Source: Firmicutes bacterium UBA4881 (GTDB lineage: Bacteria; Bacillota; DTU065). From it: DNA of 64,000 bases. Positions within the stretch are counted from its first letter, which is position 1; the number at the start of each line of letters is the position of its first letter. The notes beneath the pieces were generated by a model, which had not been told where the DNA came from, made no database searches, and saw only the letters and a list, made by a program, of their open reading frames with translations. Positions 1-9,308 of this stretch are shown piece by piece. The DNA lies in contig DHDH01000001.1 in assembly GCA_002399235.1 (NCBI GenBank), positions 24,594 through 88,593 on the forward strand, in the 5' to 3' direction. The translations under genes were made by a program, and so were the position numbers.

Positions 1-132
1 GCAAATAATTTGCAGGAAAAACTCCCAGTAGCTGGTGGGGAAGAAGAAAAAAGAAATCAAGAGCAAGTTGAAGTAAAAACAGAGCCTATAGCTTGGAAAC
101 CATTCCCTAAGCTTCCTAATAGGAGGTGGTAA
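1..132 (+). CDS. 3' end of a hypothetical protein (partial, runs off the window)
   Basis: Frame 1 is open from base 1: ANNLQEKLP...EPIAWKPFPKLPNRRW, TAA at 130-132. Its end contains the AGGAGG RBS of the next gene. Confidence 0.6.
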   Translation, partial: ANNLQEKLPVAGGEEEKRNQEQVEVKTEPIAWKPFPKLPNRRW

Positions 133-133
133 T

Positions 134-1312
134 GTGAGTGAAGAACGCAACTACTATTTTGTTAAAGATGGTAGGCCAGTAGAAGATTCACCTTATGTTA
201 GGCAACAAATTGTAGCTTTAATGAAAGAGCGTAACGAAACAGGACTAGTTTTAGTAGGTTACGAAGAACAAGCTACATCAGTTGGTGTTCCGGTGGATGC
301 TTTACAAGCAGTAGAACTTTTTGTTTCTGCGGGTCTTGATGTTGGTCAGGCCGGTGCTTGCACTCTACCTCAACTATCTTTTATGGCTAAAAATCTCGGA
401 GCTTCTGCTTGCTATGTAGATGATTCCGTTTGCTACTTAGATAAGGGTGGTGGATATCTAGATGGCAAGATGGAATTAAAACGAATTGAAAAAAAACCTA
501 GGGGTAAATTAATGCGTTTTGAGATACAAAGAGAATATATTAGACATCTTCGTAAAGAGATTGCAACAGATAGACTCCATAATATAGCTTTAGCAGTAGG
601 TGGCTTAAATCCCAAATTGTTAAGTCTTCTTGCACAGATTATACCACTAAAGGGCCTTTGGCGAGTACGCTCAGAAGCCTCACCATCATTAAGCCAAGTG
701 GCAGAATCAGTTGTAAGATCTAGAGCTGATGTCGGTATAAAACTTAATTCAGCAGGAACAAAAGTTGAGTTTGTTGACGAAAATGGAACAACAGTTACAA
801 CTGAAGAAGCTTCAGCTTTAATAGTTCGCTATCTCAAAGAACAAGGAAGTTTAAACGGCAAAGTAGCCAGAAGATGGAATGTATCACGCTTCTTTGATCG
901 GGTGATGGAGAAAACAGGAATTACAATAGAAGAAAACGCCGACTTTTCAGTCGGCGACGAGATTGTTTTTCAACCCCACTTAAATATCGGGGATGGATTG
1001 TGGTTAGGTCTTATAATCTGCGAAATTGTTGCAGTAGGGGAGAGACCTCTATCAGAGCTAATAAAAGAAATGCATAAAGTAGTACCAAAAAGAGAAAGTA
1101 AGCAACTTAAAGCTAGTGAAGGACAGTTAGATAGATTCTTACGCAAGTTAACGGGGAAAGCCTTATTAGCTAGAGATAGAGGAGAATTGCAAATAGATGG
1201 AGATATTATCTCTTGGCTAAAAAATAGCCAATATAAGTACGACGTTTTTTTAGATGGTGATCGTTCTAGACTGCACTTTTGGTTAGAACAGTTTCCCCAA
1301 GATACTTTGTAA
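134..1312 (+). CDS. Degenerate phosphoglucomutase/phosphomannomutase-fold protein (probably inactive)
   Basis: Phosphohexomutase-like segments (VLVGYE, G..TLPQLSF, ADVGIKLNSAGTKVEFVDENG, DGLWLGLIICE..LSELI). The TASHNP and DxDxDR motifs are absent. Confidence 0.6.
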   Translation: MSEERNYYFVKDGRPVEDSPYVRQQIVALMKERNETGLVLVGYEEQATSVGVPVDALQAVELFVSAGLDVGQAGACTLPQLSFMAKNLGASACYVDDSVCYLDKGGGYLDGKMELKRIEKKPRGKLMRFEIQREYIRHLRKEIATDRLHNIALAVGGLNPKLLSLLAQIIPLKGLWRVRSEASPSLSQVAESVVRSRADVGIKLNSAGTKVEFVDENGTTVTTEEASALIVRYLKEQGSLNGKVARRWNVSRFFDRVMEKTGITIEENADFSVGDEIVFQPHLNIGDGLWLGLIICEIVAVGERPLSELIKEMHKVVPKRESKQLKASEGQLDRFLRKLTGKALLARDRGELQIDGDIISWLKNSQYKYDVFLDGDRSRLHFWLEQFPQDTL

Positions 1313-2123
1313 TGAGAAATTGCACCAGACGGTTAAGCTCTTTAGGAGCTTCCGTTCTGGATACATAATAATTGATAAAGATGTGCTTGTCAGGGCGTGT
1401 ACGAGGGACTGGGAATGTTTTAAGTAGGTGGTTAAAGATCATTTTACCACTTACTTTTTGCTGCCATAGTTCAGGCTTGGTTGATAGCAACTCGAGGCGG
1501 AGAAAATACTCATCAGGATCAGGCAAACCTTGATTACGACAAAAGATTAAAATGTTTTGATATAGTTTTTCTGGTTCCAAATGCGGTGAGTCTTTATACT
1601 CAAGTTGCATAGCTTGACCATATTTTTGTCCTAAGTCCCAAGCAAGCCAGTTATAAGCTGCTGCTGGTAGGTAGGCTTTAAATATATTGCCGATGCTTTC
1701 TCTACATTCTTCGACACTCCGCCACCCTTTAGGTAATTTATTACGCCAAAATAGCAAAGCTATTTCATACCAACCTTCAGGTTCTAATAAGTAATTTTCT
1801 AAAGTATAACGTTCAGTGCGATAGATATGATCAGTATAATTTGGTTCGTATTGGTTTTTAACTATTAATTGGGTAGAAAAGTCACGGTCAATAATTCCAG
1901 CGACATGTCTTTGTTCTCGTTCTATAAACAAAGTCTCAACAGCATCAATAACTTTTGAATAACCATCTTGGGGGTAAAAGGTAATTAGATGGGCTAAATC
2001 CCCAAACCATTGGGAATAAACCCATTCATCATCTCCATTGTGAACACCTTCGATAATTACCGATAATCCCTTGCCAGAACGAATCTTAAGTAGTAGCTGA
2101 TTTAAAGAAAGATAATTCATCAA
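1266..2123 (-). CDS. ariB: DUF4435 TOPRIM-family nuclease, PARIS AriB-like
   Basis: Motifs IIEG...DD, GIIDRDF, RYTLENYLL and C-terminal VSGK. ATGA overlap with the upstream ATPase. Confidence 0.7.
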   Translation of the reverse strand: MMNYLSLNQLLLKIRSGKGLSVIIEGVHNGDDEWVYSQWFGDLAHLITFYPQDGYSKVIDAVETLFIEREQRHVAGIIDRDFSTQLIVKNQYEPNYTDHIYRTERYTLENYLLEPEGWYEIALLFWRNKLPKGWRSVEECRESIGNIFKAYLPAAAYNWLAWDLGQKYGQAMQLEYKDSPHLEPEKLYQNILIFCRNQGLPDPDEYFLRLELLSTKPELWQQKVSGKMIFNHLLKTFPVPRTRPDKHIFINYYVSRTEAPKELNRLVQFLITKYLGETVLTKSAV

Positions 2124-2935
2124 TGTTCACCTCCGCAAAGGGAGTCAAGACTAAAGACTTCTGTATCAGAGGAAGCTCTTACGATCTCCAAGGAATGAGT
2201 TGCTATTAATAGTTGACAGTTATGTTTTTTTAAGTAATTTGAGATTAAGTGATAAAGACGTCTTTGTAGGGTGGGATGTAGACTAATTTCGAACTCATCA
2301 ATTATGACAAGAGAATTAGGTTTCATATGTTTTTCGATTAAAGTTAAAAGAATTAATGCTTGTTTTTCACCAGCAGGAAGTTTTCTCAGGGGAATGGGTG
2401 TATTGTTGCTTGCTGAAGCCGAAAGAGTATAGTGATTTTCTACATATTCAAGTGTTCTATTCTCAAAAAATAAGCTGGGTAAATGAGGAATACCTTTTTG
2501 CAAATATAGTTCGGGGCTATCTTCTTGAGGATGATATTTATAACCAAATACCGTTTCTTTTGGTTGTTCGTGGACTTCAAGTAGATATCTTTCAGCTGGA
2601 AAGTAAAGATAATATGGTATTAGGTTAGGATCACCACTAATTGTTAAATGGCCATCGTCAAGGGTTATCTCAAGATTATTATCATCACTATCGGCAAATT
2701 CTAGCGAAACAGTGGCTCGGGTTTGGACAAGTTCTGTAAACAGGTCATCTTTTATGCCTTTGGAACCTTTTATGAGTGATGCCACAACTTCTAAGATAGT
2801 ACTTTTACCAGAAGCATTAGTACCTACTAAAATGATACGTGAATTAGTCATCCCTGTGTAAGGGTCTAAAAAAGATAGCACAGTACTTTTATGAAAATTA
2901 CGGAATCCTGATATAGTAACTTGACTAAGTTGCAA
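2120..2935 (-). CDS. ariA: AAA_21/AAA_15 ABC-type ATPase, PARIS AriA-like
   Basis: ISGFRNF, Walker A GTNASGKST, signature LPAGEKQ, Walker B IIDEFEISLHP, H-loop ATHS. TTG start at 2935 after RBS AAAGGAG. Confidence 0.75.
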   Translation of the reverse strand: MQLSQVTISGFRNFHKSTVLSFLDPYTGMTNSRIILVGTNASGKSTILEVVASLIKGSKGIKDDLFTELVQTRATVSLEFADSDDNNLEITLDDGHLTISGDPNLIPYYLYFPAERYLLEVHEQPKETVFGYKYHPQEDSPELYLQKGIPHLPSLFFENRTLEYVENHYTLSASASNNTPIPLRKLPAGEKQALILLTLIEKHMKPNSLVIIDEFEISLHPTLQRRLYHLISNYLKKHNCQLLIATHSLEIVRASSDTEVFSLDSLCGGEH

Positions 2936-3260
2936 ATGAATCACTCCTTTAAAAACAAGTAGCAAAAAGGTTCTTTAGGAACTAAAATAAATTGGAGTGT
3001 GCCCCAATGGTTTGAACAATAACAGGTAGTTTTTTATATACTAGTATTATGCCTAAAGTAACCAGTCTTTGCTTTTGATCACATTGTATCAGAAGGGCAG
3101 GAGGTCCTCAAATTTAATTTCGTTAAAATGTCTTTGTACTAAGATGTTTTTCGTTTCTAATTAGAGATTTGACTTTTAAGTCCATAATAAAAGGTATGGA
3201 GTAACAAAAGTTTGTATAACATTAGTTTCTAACATCTAAATATGAGTCAAAGAGTTTATT

Positions 3261-3287
3261 ACCCTCTTAAATTTATATACATAAGTT
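3261..3287 (+). promoter_or_regulatory. SigK-type sporulation promoter
   Basis: ACC-N16-CATAAGTT matches the mACm-N16-CATAnnnT consensus, just upstream of the small ORF. Confidence 0.5.
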
Positions 3288-3320
3288 ATACTAACCTTTC
3301 TAGAAAGGGAGGCGTAAAAT

Positions 3321-3425
3321 ATGGTAGATACAACATCTGACGGCCAAGAAGCAGCAACCTTGTTTTTGATCCTCATACTTTTGGTCATCATGACAATGAA
3401 TGGCGGATGCAATAAGGGCTGGTAG
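3321..3425 (+). CDS. 34-aa YjcZ/SscA-like small membrane sporulation peptide
   Basis: RBS AAGGGAGG; MVDTTSDGQEAATLFLILILLVIMTMNGGCNKGW*; followed by a terminator. Not in the ORF track. Confidence 0.7.
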   Translation: MVDTTSDGQEAATLFLILILLVIMTMNGGCNKGW

Positions 3426-3437
3426 GTCGCTTGTAAA

Positions 3438-3478
3438 TAGAAATAGCTCTCCTCTTAAGGGAGGAGAGCTATTTCTTT
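3438..3478 (+). terminator. Intrinsic terminator
   Basis: Hairpin AGAAATAGCTCTCCTC / GAGGAGAGCTATTTCT. Confidence 0.75.
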
Positions 3479-3562
3479 AGCTTGTAACTTTAGGGGATAT
3501 AAGGTGAGGAGGAGATTAGTAAAAGATAAAGAAAAGAGTCTATAATGGAAGGAGAGAGGTAA

Positions 3563-3765
3563 ATGGCAGAAAAAAGGTAAGATTTTAATAGTCGACTAAA
3601 TACATTGATTGGAGAAGGAATAGAAGTACTTACCGATAATAGCGAAATGTATTTAACTGGTAAACTCAGAGCGGTTTATGACGGTTATATTGTGTGGAAC
3701 AAGATAATGGGAAAGTAACATACATAAATACTAATAAGATTGTTTACTTTATAGCAAACAAATAA
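3563..3765 (+). pseudogene. Pseudogene of a small Sm-like (DUF2642/YuzF-like) protein
   Basis: RBS, ATG 3563, in-frame TAA 3578, then DFNSRLNTLIGEGIEVLTDNSEMYLTGKLRAVYDGYIV, a -1 frameshift, and EQDNGKVTYINTNKIVYFIANK*. Confidence 0.55.
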
Positions 3766-4076
3766 GCAATAACTTATGAATAAGTTATCTATAAGATGGT
3801 AGAAAGAAGATATTTTTTGTCCATCCGTTCTGGAAAATGTTATCGGCTACAGTTACAGGGGGTGTCTTGGCAATAAAGCTTTTCTTTATAACTTTATCTA
3901 GTAGGATAGATGGGTGAGGAGTTCTTCTTACCAAAAAAGCCTTTAAAGTAGGTATTGTATATAGGAATTTAGGTAAAGAATGGCATAAAATCTATGACAT
4001 ATGAATTGGAAAAGGGTATCTAATAATACCCTTTTTCAACTATAAAATATTAGAAAGATGCTTTGACAGTAAAGAC

Positions 4077-5003
4077 TTACGTTAAGTGACAGTAAAATGT
4101 TTTAAGGAGCCTTAAGAAGTGGCTAGCTTCGCGCAAGACATGGTCGCCAAGTAGAGGAATGATTATAGATTGTATATTACAACCGAGTAAACCCTGAGTT
4201 CCTTGAGCTTTGAAGTCACGAATTCTTTTTGTGGCATTTAAGCTGTCTTCTGTGACCTCAGTAAGTGGTATATTCATCTCCATGGCTTCTTCCACTTCTT
4301 CTACTAACGTGTCAAATTCATTACCAAAGTTGTTAGCTATGGTTATTAACTCATTTTCCGTTGGGTCTAGCAATCCTATAATAAACTTGGAATGCTCCGC
4401 CATTATTCTGTTCCAAAATAGTTCTTGTTCCAAAACTTCTCTTTCTACATTGATCCTTTCTCGGTTTTGAAGTCTTTGAACCATCTGCAGATATAATTTT
4501 GCTTCGCGTAGAATGTGATCGATTAACAAGGGATAATTAACGGTGAACATTTGACAGGATAAAACATTGGATAGAATGGTTGTCTTAAATTGGATAATCC
4601 TGCCAATTAAATCCGTAGCTCTTTGATTAAGTGCAACAACCTTTTGCTCTAGTTGGGGGTCAATTTCTTTGTCGCCACCTATTAAGTCGATTTCAGCTTG
4701 TGTTATATCTGTTGGTATTTGAATTCCCGCTAAAAATGAAGTGGTTTTTTCTGCATTCAGAGTATAGGGTGTCACTACCTCACCCGATTGAAGCACATCA
4801 GGGCTAACGACACCGTTGGCAACAGCAACGACATCTCTTAGAAAACTATCGAACTCCATTCTAAAAGCGTCTGCTTGTCGGGTAAATTCAGCATCTCTTG
4901 GGGTAAATCCGACTTCGAGAAAAAATGAGTGTTCTTTCATAATCCGGGCAAAAAAAAGATGCAAATCAATAGATTGACGAACAAAATCTATACTTGGCAA
5001 CAT
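4077..5003 (-). CDS. DUF2935 domain protein (two repeats)
   Basis: Duplicated FFARIMKEHS / FWNRIMAEHS and DHILREA / DHVLREA motifs. GGGAGG RBS; terminator hairpin at about 4007-4039. Confidence 0.85.
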   Translation of the reverse strand: MLPSIDFVRQSIDLHLFFARIMKEHSFFLEVGFTPRDAEFTRQADAFRMEFDSFLRDVVAVANGVVSPDVLQSGEVVTPYTLNAEKTTSFLAGIQIPTDITQAEIDLIGGDKEIDPQLEQKVVALNQRATDLIGRIIQFKTTILSNVLSCQMFTVNYPLLIDHILREAKLYLQMVQRLQNRERINVEREVLEQELFWNRIMAEHSKFIIGLLDPTENELITIANNFGNEFDTLVEEVEEAMEMNIPLTEVTEDSLNATKRIRDFKAQGTQGLLGCNIQSIIIPLLGDHVLREASHFLRLLKTFYCHLT

Positions 5004-5606
5004 AGTTTATTCCTCCCAAAATTTTCAGCTTATGCTGTCATAGTATTTCTAGATTGCTTTAAGCGTTACATTCTCCAAAAAGAATTAGCATTCATGATTG
5101 TATTCTCAGATAAGAAACTCTATGCTTTGAGCCAATTTGGCTAAATGTTTTATAGTAAACGGCAAGGAACAGGTGCACCGCCTGTTGTTACAGTCTAAAA
5201 GACTTGCAACTAAGGTGTACCGGAACATGGTTAGGGCTGGAAGCCTTATCTGCGCGTTATCAATGAAAGCATTTAGCGTCCTGGGCGGGTCCTTTTGACA
5301 AGTAGAAGAGAAATCTTACCTCTATGGTGGTTCACCTCTAAGAATTTGATTCGATAACCTTCCTACAGCTATAGTTCATGTTGTGGGGGAAATCGAGAAT
5401 TAACAGATATGTTTCAAAGATTTATGTTGCATTACCGTTTTCAAGCTAAGTTTTGTAACAAAGCTGCTGGGCACGAAAAAGTGCGAAGATGATATGAATC
5501 GTAACCATTATAAAAGTGTTGGTTTGAAGAAAGTAAAAAACACCTATTGCCGTTACCTTCTACTCCATTTTAAATAGACTAAATATAAGAAACTTAGACT
5601 TGGGAT

Positions 5607-5762
5607 ATGACATTTAATGGTGAAACTTACCGGCTAAGAAACGCTTTATCAGCAAATATTCCAAAAATAATCCTCTCCCTCCCTACGGAAGGCAGTCAAT
5701 CCATGGTAGCGTGGTCTAAAAAATTAGTTGCCGAACTCTAAAATTTCAGATTGCCAAATACA
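5607..5762 (+). mobile_element. IS21-family remnant: IstB C-terminus plus right end
   Basis: TFNGETYRLRNAL resembles the IstB C-terminal motif. It is followed by tandem AAAATT..TTGCC repeats ending in TACA at 5762. Confidence 0.55.
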
Positions 5763-5828
5763 ACCTCCCTCAGCAATCTTGGAATCCAGTAGATAATCAT
5801 AATGGGTATATAAAGGTGGTTCAACAAA

Positions 5829-6755
5829 ATGGGAGCTCAGCGAGGTAAAATCTTGGTTGTAGTAATTGGTATAGTTTTAAGCATAACTTTGTCGTCATGT
5901 AGAGCCTATGAGAAAGGGGACTTACGTATCACGGATATAGAGATATTCAAAGATACGCCTGCATGGGAATTAGCTCTAGCAGTGAAAAGACAGAGTACCA
6001 AAAGTATAGAAAAGACAATCAGAACTAATCCGGGTTTGCTTAACTTCCAGGAGCCACATTTTGGTGCAACTCTGCTTCTTTGGTCTGTTGGCATGGAGAA
6101 ATATAATTCAGCAAAGAAGCTGCTAGAATTGGGAGCTGATCCTGATATTGCATCAACTTATGATGGAACTACCCCTTTATTTCAGGCATCCGGTTTTTCG
6201 TGGGTGAGTGTGGCTTGGTTTCCGAATGAAGATCCTAAGTATGTTAAACTCCTGTTACAGTATGGAGCAGATCCAAATACTACATTTAAAGGACATAACA
6301 AACCTGGCATAAACAATATAGTAGAAAGAGGAACCAGTGCATTAATGCACTCTGTGGGAGCAGGTCTAGAGAAAACTAAGGCGCTAGTAAAGGGGGGCGC
6401 TGATCTTAATTACAAGACTGTAACGGGAAGGACTGCGGCTGTGAGAGCGTTATTCTGGGGTGAGCCTAAATATGCATACTATTTAATCGCTGAGTGTAAG
6501 GCTAGGGTTACTGAGCCTATTTGGGCTAGAGAAGAGTGGACTCGGGCAAATAATGCTCCGGTGTACCCGGTAGAATTACTGCGAGATTGGGTTTTTAAGA
6601 TAGGCTCAAAAGAACATCAAATGAAAATGGAAATAGTAGAGGAATTTAAAAGGCAGGGAGTCGATTATTGGGGAACCGAAGTCCCTAAAAGTAGGTTCGA
6701 GCAGATAAAAAAACTATATCCAGATACCTGGGAAGAGTATATTCAAAAATACTAA
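5829..6755 (+). CDS. Ankyrin-repeat lipoprotein (putative toxin-immunity protein)
   Basis: Lipobox-like LSSC. Ankyrin motifs GATLLLWSV..LLELGADPD, GTTPLFQA..LLLQYGADPN, GTSALM..LVKGGADLN. Terminator at 6762-6793. Confidence 0.8.
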   Translation: MGAQRGKILVVVIGIVLSITLSSCRAYEKGDLRITDIEIFKDTPAWELALAVKRQSTKSIEKTIRTNPGLLNFQEPHFGATLLLWSVGMEKYNSAKKLLELGADPDIASTYDGTTPLFQASGFSWVSVAWFPNEDPKYVKLLLQYGADPNTTFKGHNKPGINNIVERGTSALMHSVGAGLEKTKALVKGGADLNYKTVTGRTAAVRALFWGEPKYAYYLIAECKARVTEPIWAREEWTRANNAPVYPVELLRDWVFKIGSKEHQMKMEIVEEFKRQGVDYWGTEVPKSRFEQIKKLYPDTWEEYIQKY

Positions 6756-7062
6756 ATGTATTAGGCCGATGGACTGACAAAGTCTGTTGGCCTATATCTA
6801 AACTAAAAGGACTATTAGATGTCACAAATGTGCCAGGTTTTGATGTACTTTATATGTTAATGTGTTATTGGGAAGAACTTCTGAGGAGATAAAGGTGCCT
6901 AGACAAGGATTAAGACCTTGCTAAGCTATAGGATGTAACGATTTGACTAAAAGTAACTGCTGTGAGTACTCACACTGGTCAAGGAGCGCCACAAGATCAA
7001 TGACCAGTATTCTAGAGATAAGACAGTGGTTAAATTTTATAAGGGAAAAGAGTGGTTAATAG

Positions 7063-7353
7063 TTAGACAGAAAGCGCTTACCTTATGTAGATAAAAGAGA
7101 TGATATTGATTTGATTAGCGGGTGGGTAGTATATGAAGAGCTGTATGATAATGATAGCTTAAATATGGTTACATTCTGTAGGACGATTGATGGTGTAACA
7201 TAATATTGTGTTGTAAATGCAGGTTCAAAGACAGTAGGATATGGGGTTATGAACGGTTTATTACCTCTTGGTTTTAGTTTAGATATGTATAATTCTAGAG
7301 CTTATGCTGAATGTTTTGTATGTAAACGTCAAATAGCCCCCACCTATATATAA
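7063..7353 (+). pseudogene. Fragment of a lipase-type (DUF2974/Tle-like) toxin domain
   Basis: Reads DDIDLISGW...FCRTIDGVT*YCVVNAGSKT...NGLLPLGFSLDMYNSRAYAECFV, with an internal TAA at 7201, and stops before the GHSxGG motif. Confidence 0.45.
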
Positions 7354-7615
7354 GTGGAGGCTATGGTATCATTGCTTTTGGGACATTTGCAGAAAGGCTT
7401 GGTTGGGATGTTTAGTCTATCCAAGGCATGTTGTAAAGGATGAAGTATCGAAATATATGTCACTTTTTTTCGTGAAGTTATTGGTTAAGAAGTACTTTAG
7501 AATCTATGAACTTTATAGATTTTATAGTTAATGAAAAGTTCCCTTGTAATAGAAAGATTTTACAAGGGGACTTTAGTGGTTATAAGTATGAACTTTTTGC
7601 TTCAGAGTTACATGT

Positions 7616-8212
7616 TTACCTTATTTTTAACCTAAAAACAACTATTACTTCATGTCCAAGATTAATTAATCTTAATAAACCATCTGTATCAGATAAATTA
7701 GATGGCATTGGTTTTGGATTTTCATTAATGGTCACTATAAATACTGTAGTTTCTATGGTGTCACCGTTATTTTCAAACAACAAGTTTGGTGACCTAAACC
7801 ACATAAGTATAAGTGACATATTTTCTTTTTCAGGGTTTGACAAAAATGCACTGAAATCGATTGCTGTCTGAGCAAGTGCATTATTATCGGTCCCCCAATA
7901 TACCTGGTAAGAGTGTGATCCTATAGGTGCAAAAGCTAGAAAACCTTCACGCTTTTTTAAAGCTTGATTTGGTTGGGCAAACTTAAATAAACTTATGCGT
8001 TCTTTCTGGTAATGAGTATCTTTTCGATAGATGTCCATATAAACTTCAGACTCTTCAAATAGTGGCAACTGGAACTTTGATGACCTAAAACCCAATAACT
8101 TAACCCATGTGCTTACGTCTATGTCTGATGTTTCGGCTGCTGTTATGTTGATTGATAAAAGAATTACTGTAAGAATTAAAATGAACATCCATCTTGGTGT
8201 TTTTGAGATCAT
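7616..8212 (-). CDS. Hypothetical exported protein
   Basis: AGGAGG RBS, N-terminal signal peptide (ITAA-E), terminator hairpin at about 7536-7573. Confidence 0.65.
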   Translation of the reverse strand: MISKTPRWMFILILTVILLSINITAAETSDIDVSTWVKLLGFRSSKFQLPLFEESEVYMDIYRKDTHYQKERISLFKFAQPNQALKKREGFLAFAPIGSHSYQVYWGTDNNALAQTAIDFSAFLSNPEKENMSLILMWFRSPNLLFENNGDTIETTVFIVTINENPKPMPSNLSDTDGLLRLINLGHEVIVVFRLKIR

Positions 8213-9274
8213 GATCAGGCCTCCTCTTTATATACTCTCTAAAAAATATGATAAGTTATCAGTGAAATATGAGTCTATTTGCATAGTTAATCCAAGAATG
8301 TTGATTGACGTTAGATATTCTGTATATAAGTTTTCTAAGAAATTAATCTTTTAGCTAAGTATACTTAGTAAAAGTTCTGGATTAGGATCGTCATAATATA
8401 AACTTGTTAACATGTCTATACGGTTAGAGGAACTTTCCTTTCTAATCGAAGCCATCTCCTGATAGCTTCTCTTTTACATATTGCACCTCTCTTTTTTTTT
8501 CTATGTTCACTGGAATTTGAATCTGCAATGCTATTTATTAGAATGTCAGGTTGTCCTGTATCATTATACTTAATAATTAAACTTATTGGCATAATTAAAT
8601 TTAATGGCGTATTCTCCTTCTTCAAAAGAAAGAAATGATTAATAAGACCTAAACAGCGGAAATTTACATATATTATGAAAATAGTGTGTCGGTGATATCA
8701 GTGGCAGAAACTTGGCGGTTTTGGACTCTTTTTTCGTGTTACTATGTTATTGGACAGGGCTATCCACAACGGATGGCTTTTTTTATACTGTCTAGCAGGT
8801 GGTATGTATAAAACAGCATTTTTAACCGTTTCTAGAGCATGGCTTAATACTTTAGTCATATAATAAATTAGATTTTATTAGCCAAGCCTCAAAAAACACC
8901 GTTCCAGTCATGTATTGACTAAAATGCTAACCCACGTAGCGAAAAACACACTAATTATTGCAGCACAGGAGTGATTATTATCTGGGAGCTTTATGAATGG
9001 CTGGAGCAAAGCAAAGATAGATATAACGATATTTATAATAATTTTAGAGATTCACTTAGAAAGAAAGACATCTAATATAGAAAAAATTGTTGTAAAGAGC
9101 GTTCTGGATAATTAAATTAGTCTATCACCCTTATGTATTCTATTTTAATACTGGAAATATAATTATTCGTTTTAGTTATTGTTGGTTTGTGGCGATACTT
9201 TATGTTTTTAATTTTATACGTTCATGCTTGAACTTGCACTGGTATAGCTACAAAGGACAGCTTTAGCTATAAAA

Positions 9275-9308
9275 ATGCCTCACTTTAGATTTCTCTAGAG
9301 TGAGGCAT
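9275..9308 (-). terminator. tRNA terminator
   Basis: ATGCCTCACT / AGTGAGGCAT hairpin followed by a U-tract on the minus strand. Confidence 0.7.

Noticed and set aside
2991-3160. TGGAGTGTGCCCCAATGGTTTGAAC as a tRNA att duplicate or IS3-type end
   Set aside because: It does not match the tRNA-Pro 3' end, and the resemblance to IS3 ends or transposase is too weak to support.
5150-5600. Slightly GC-richer stretch with GGTGGTTCAC (IS605-end-like)
   Set aside because: No convincing hairpin or recognisable reading frame.
8109-8625. ORFs 8109-8354 and 8416-8625
   Set aside because: No clear RBS or recognisable motifs; the first overlaps a better gene on the opposite strand.
8680-8790. Possible phage late-promoter/terminator relic or riboswitch
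   Set aside because: Only a terminator-like hairpin (GGCTATCC/GGATGGCT plus T-tract) is evident; no aptamer consensus or phage gene.
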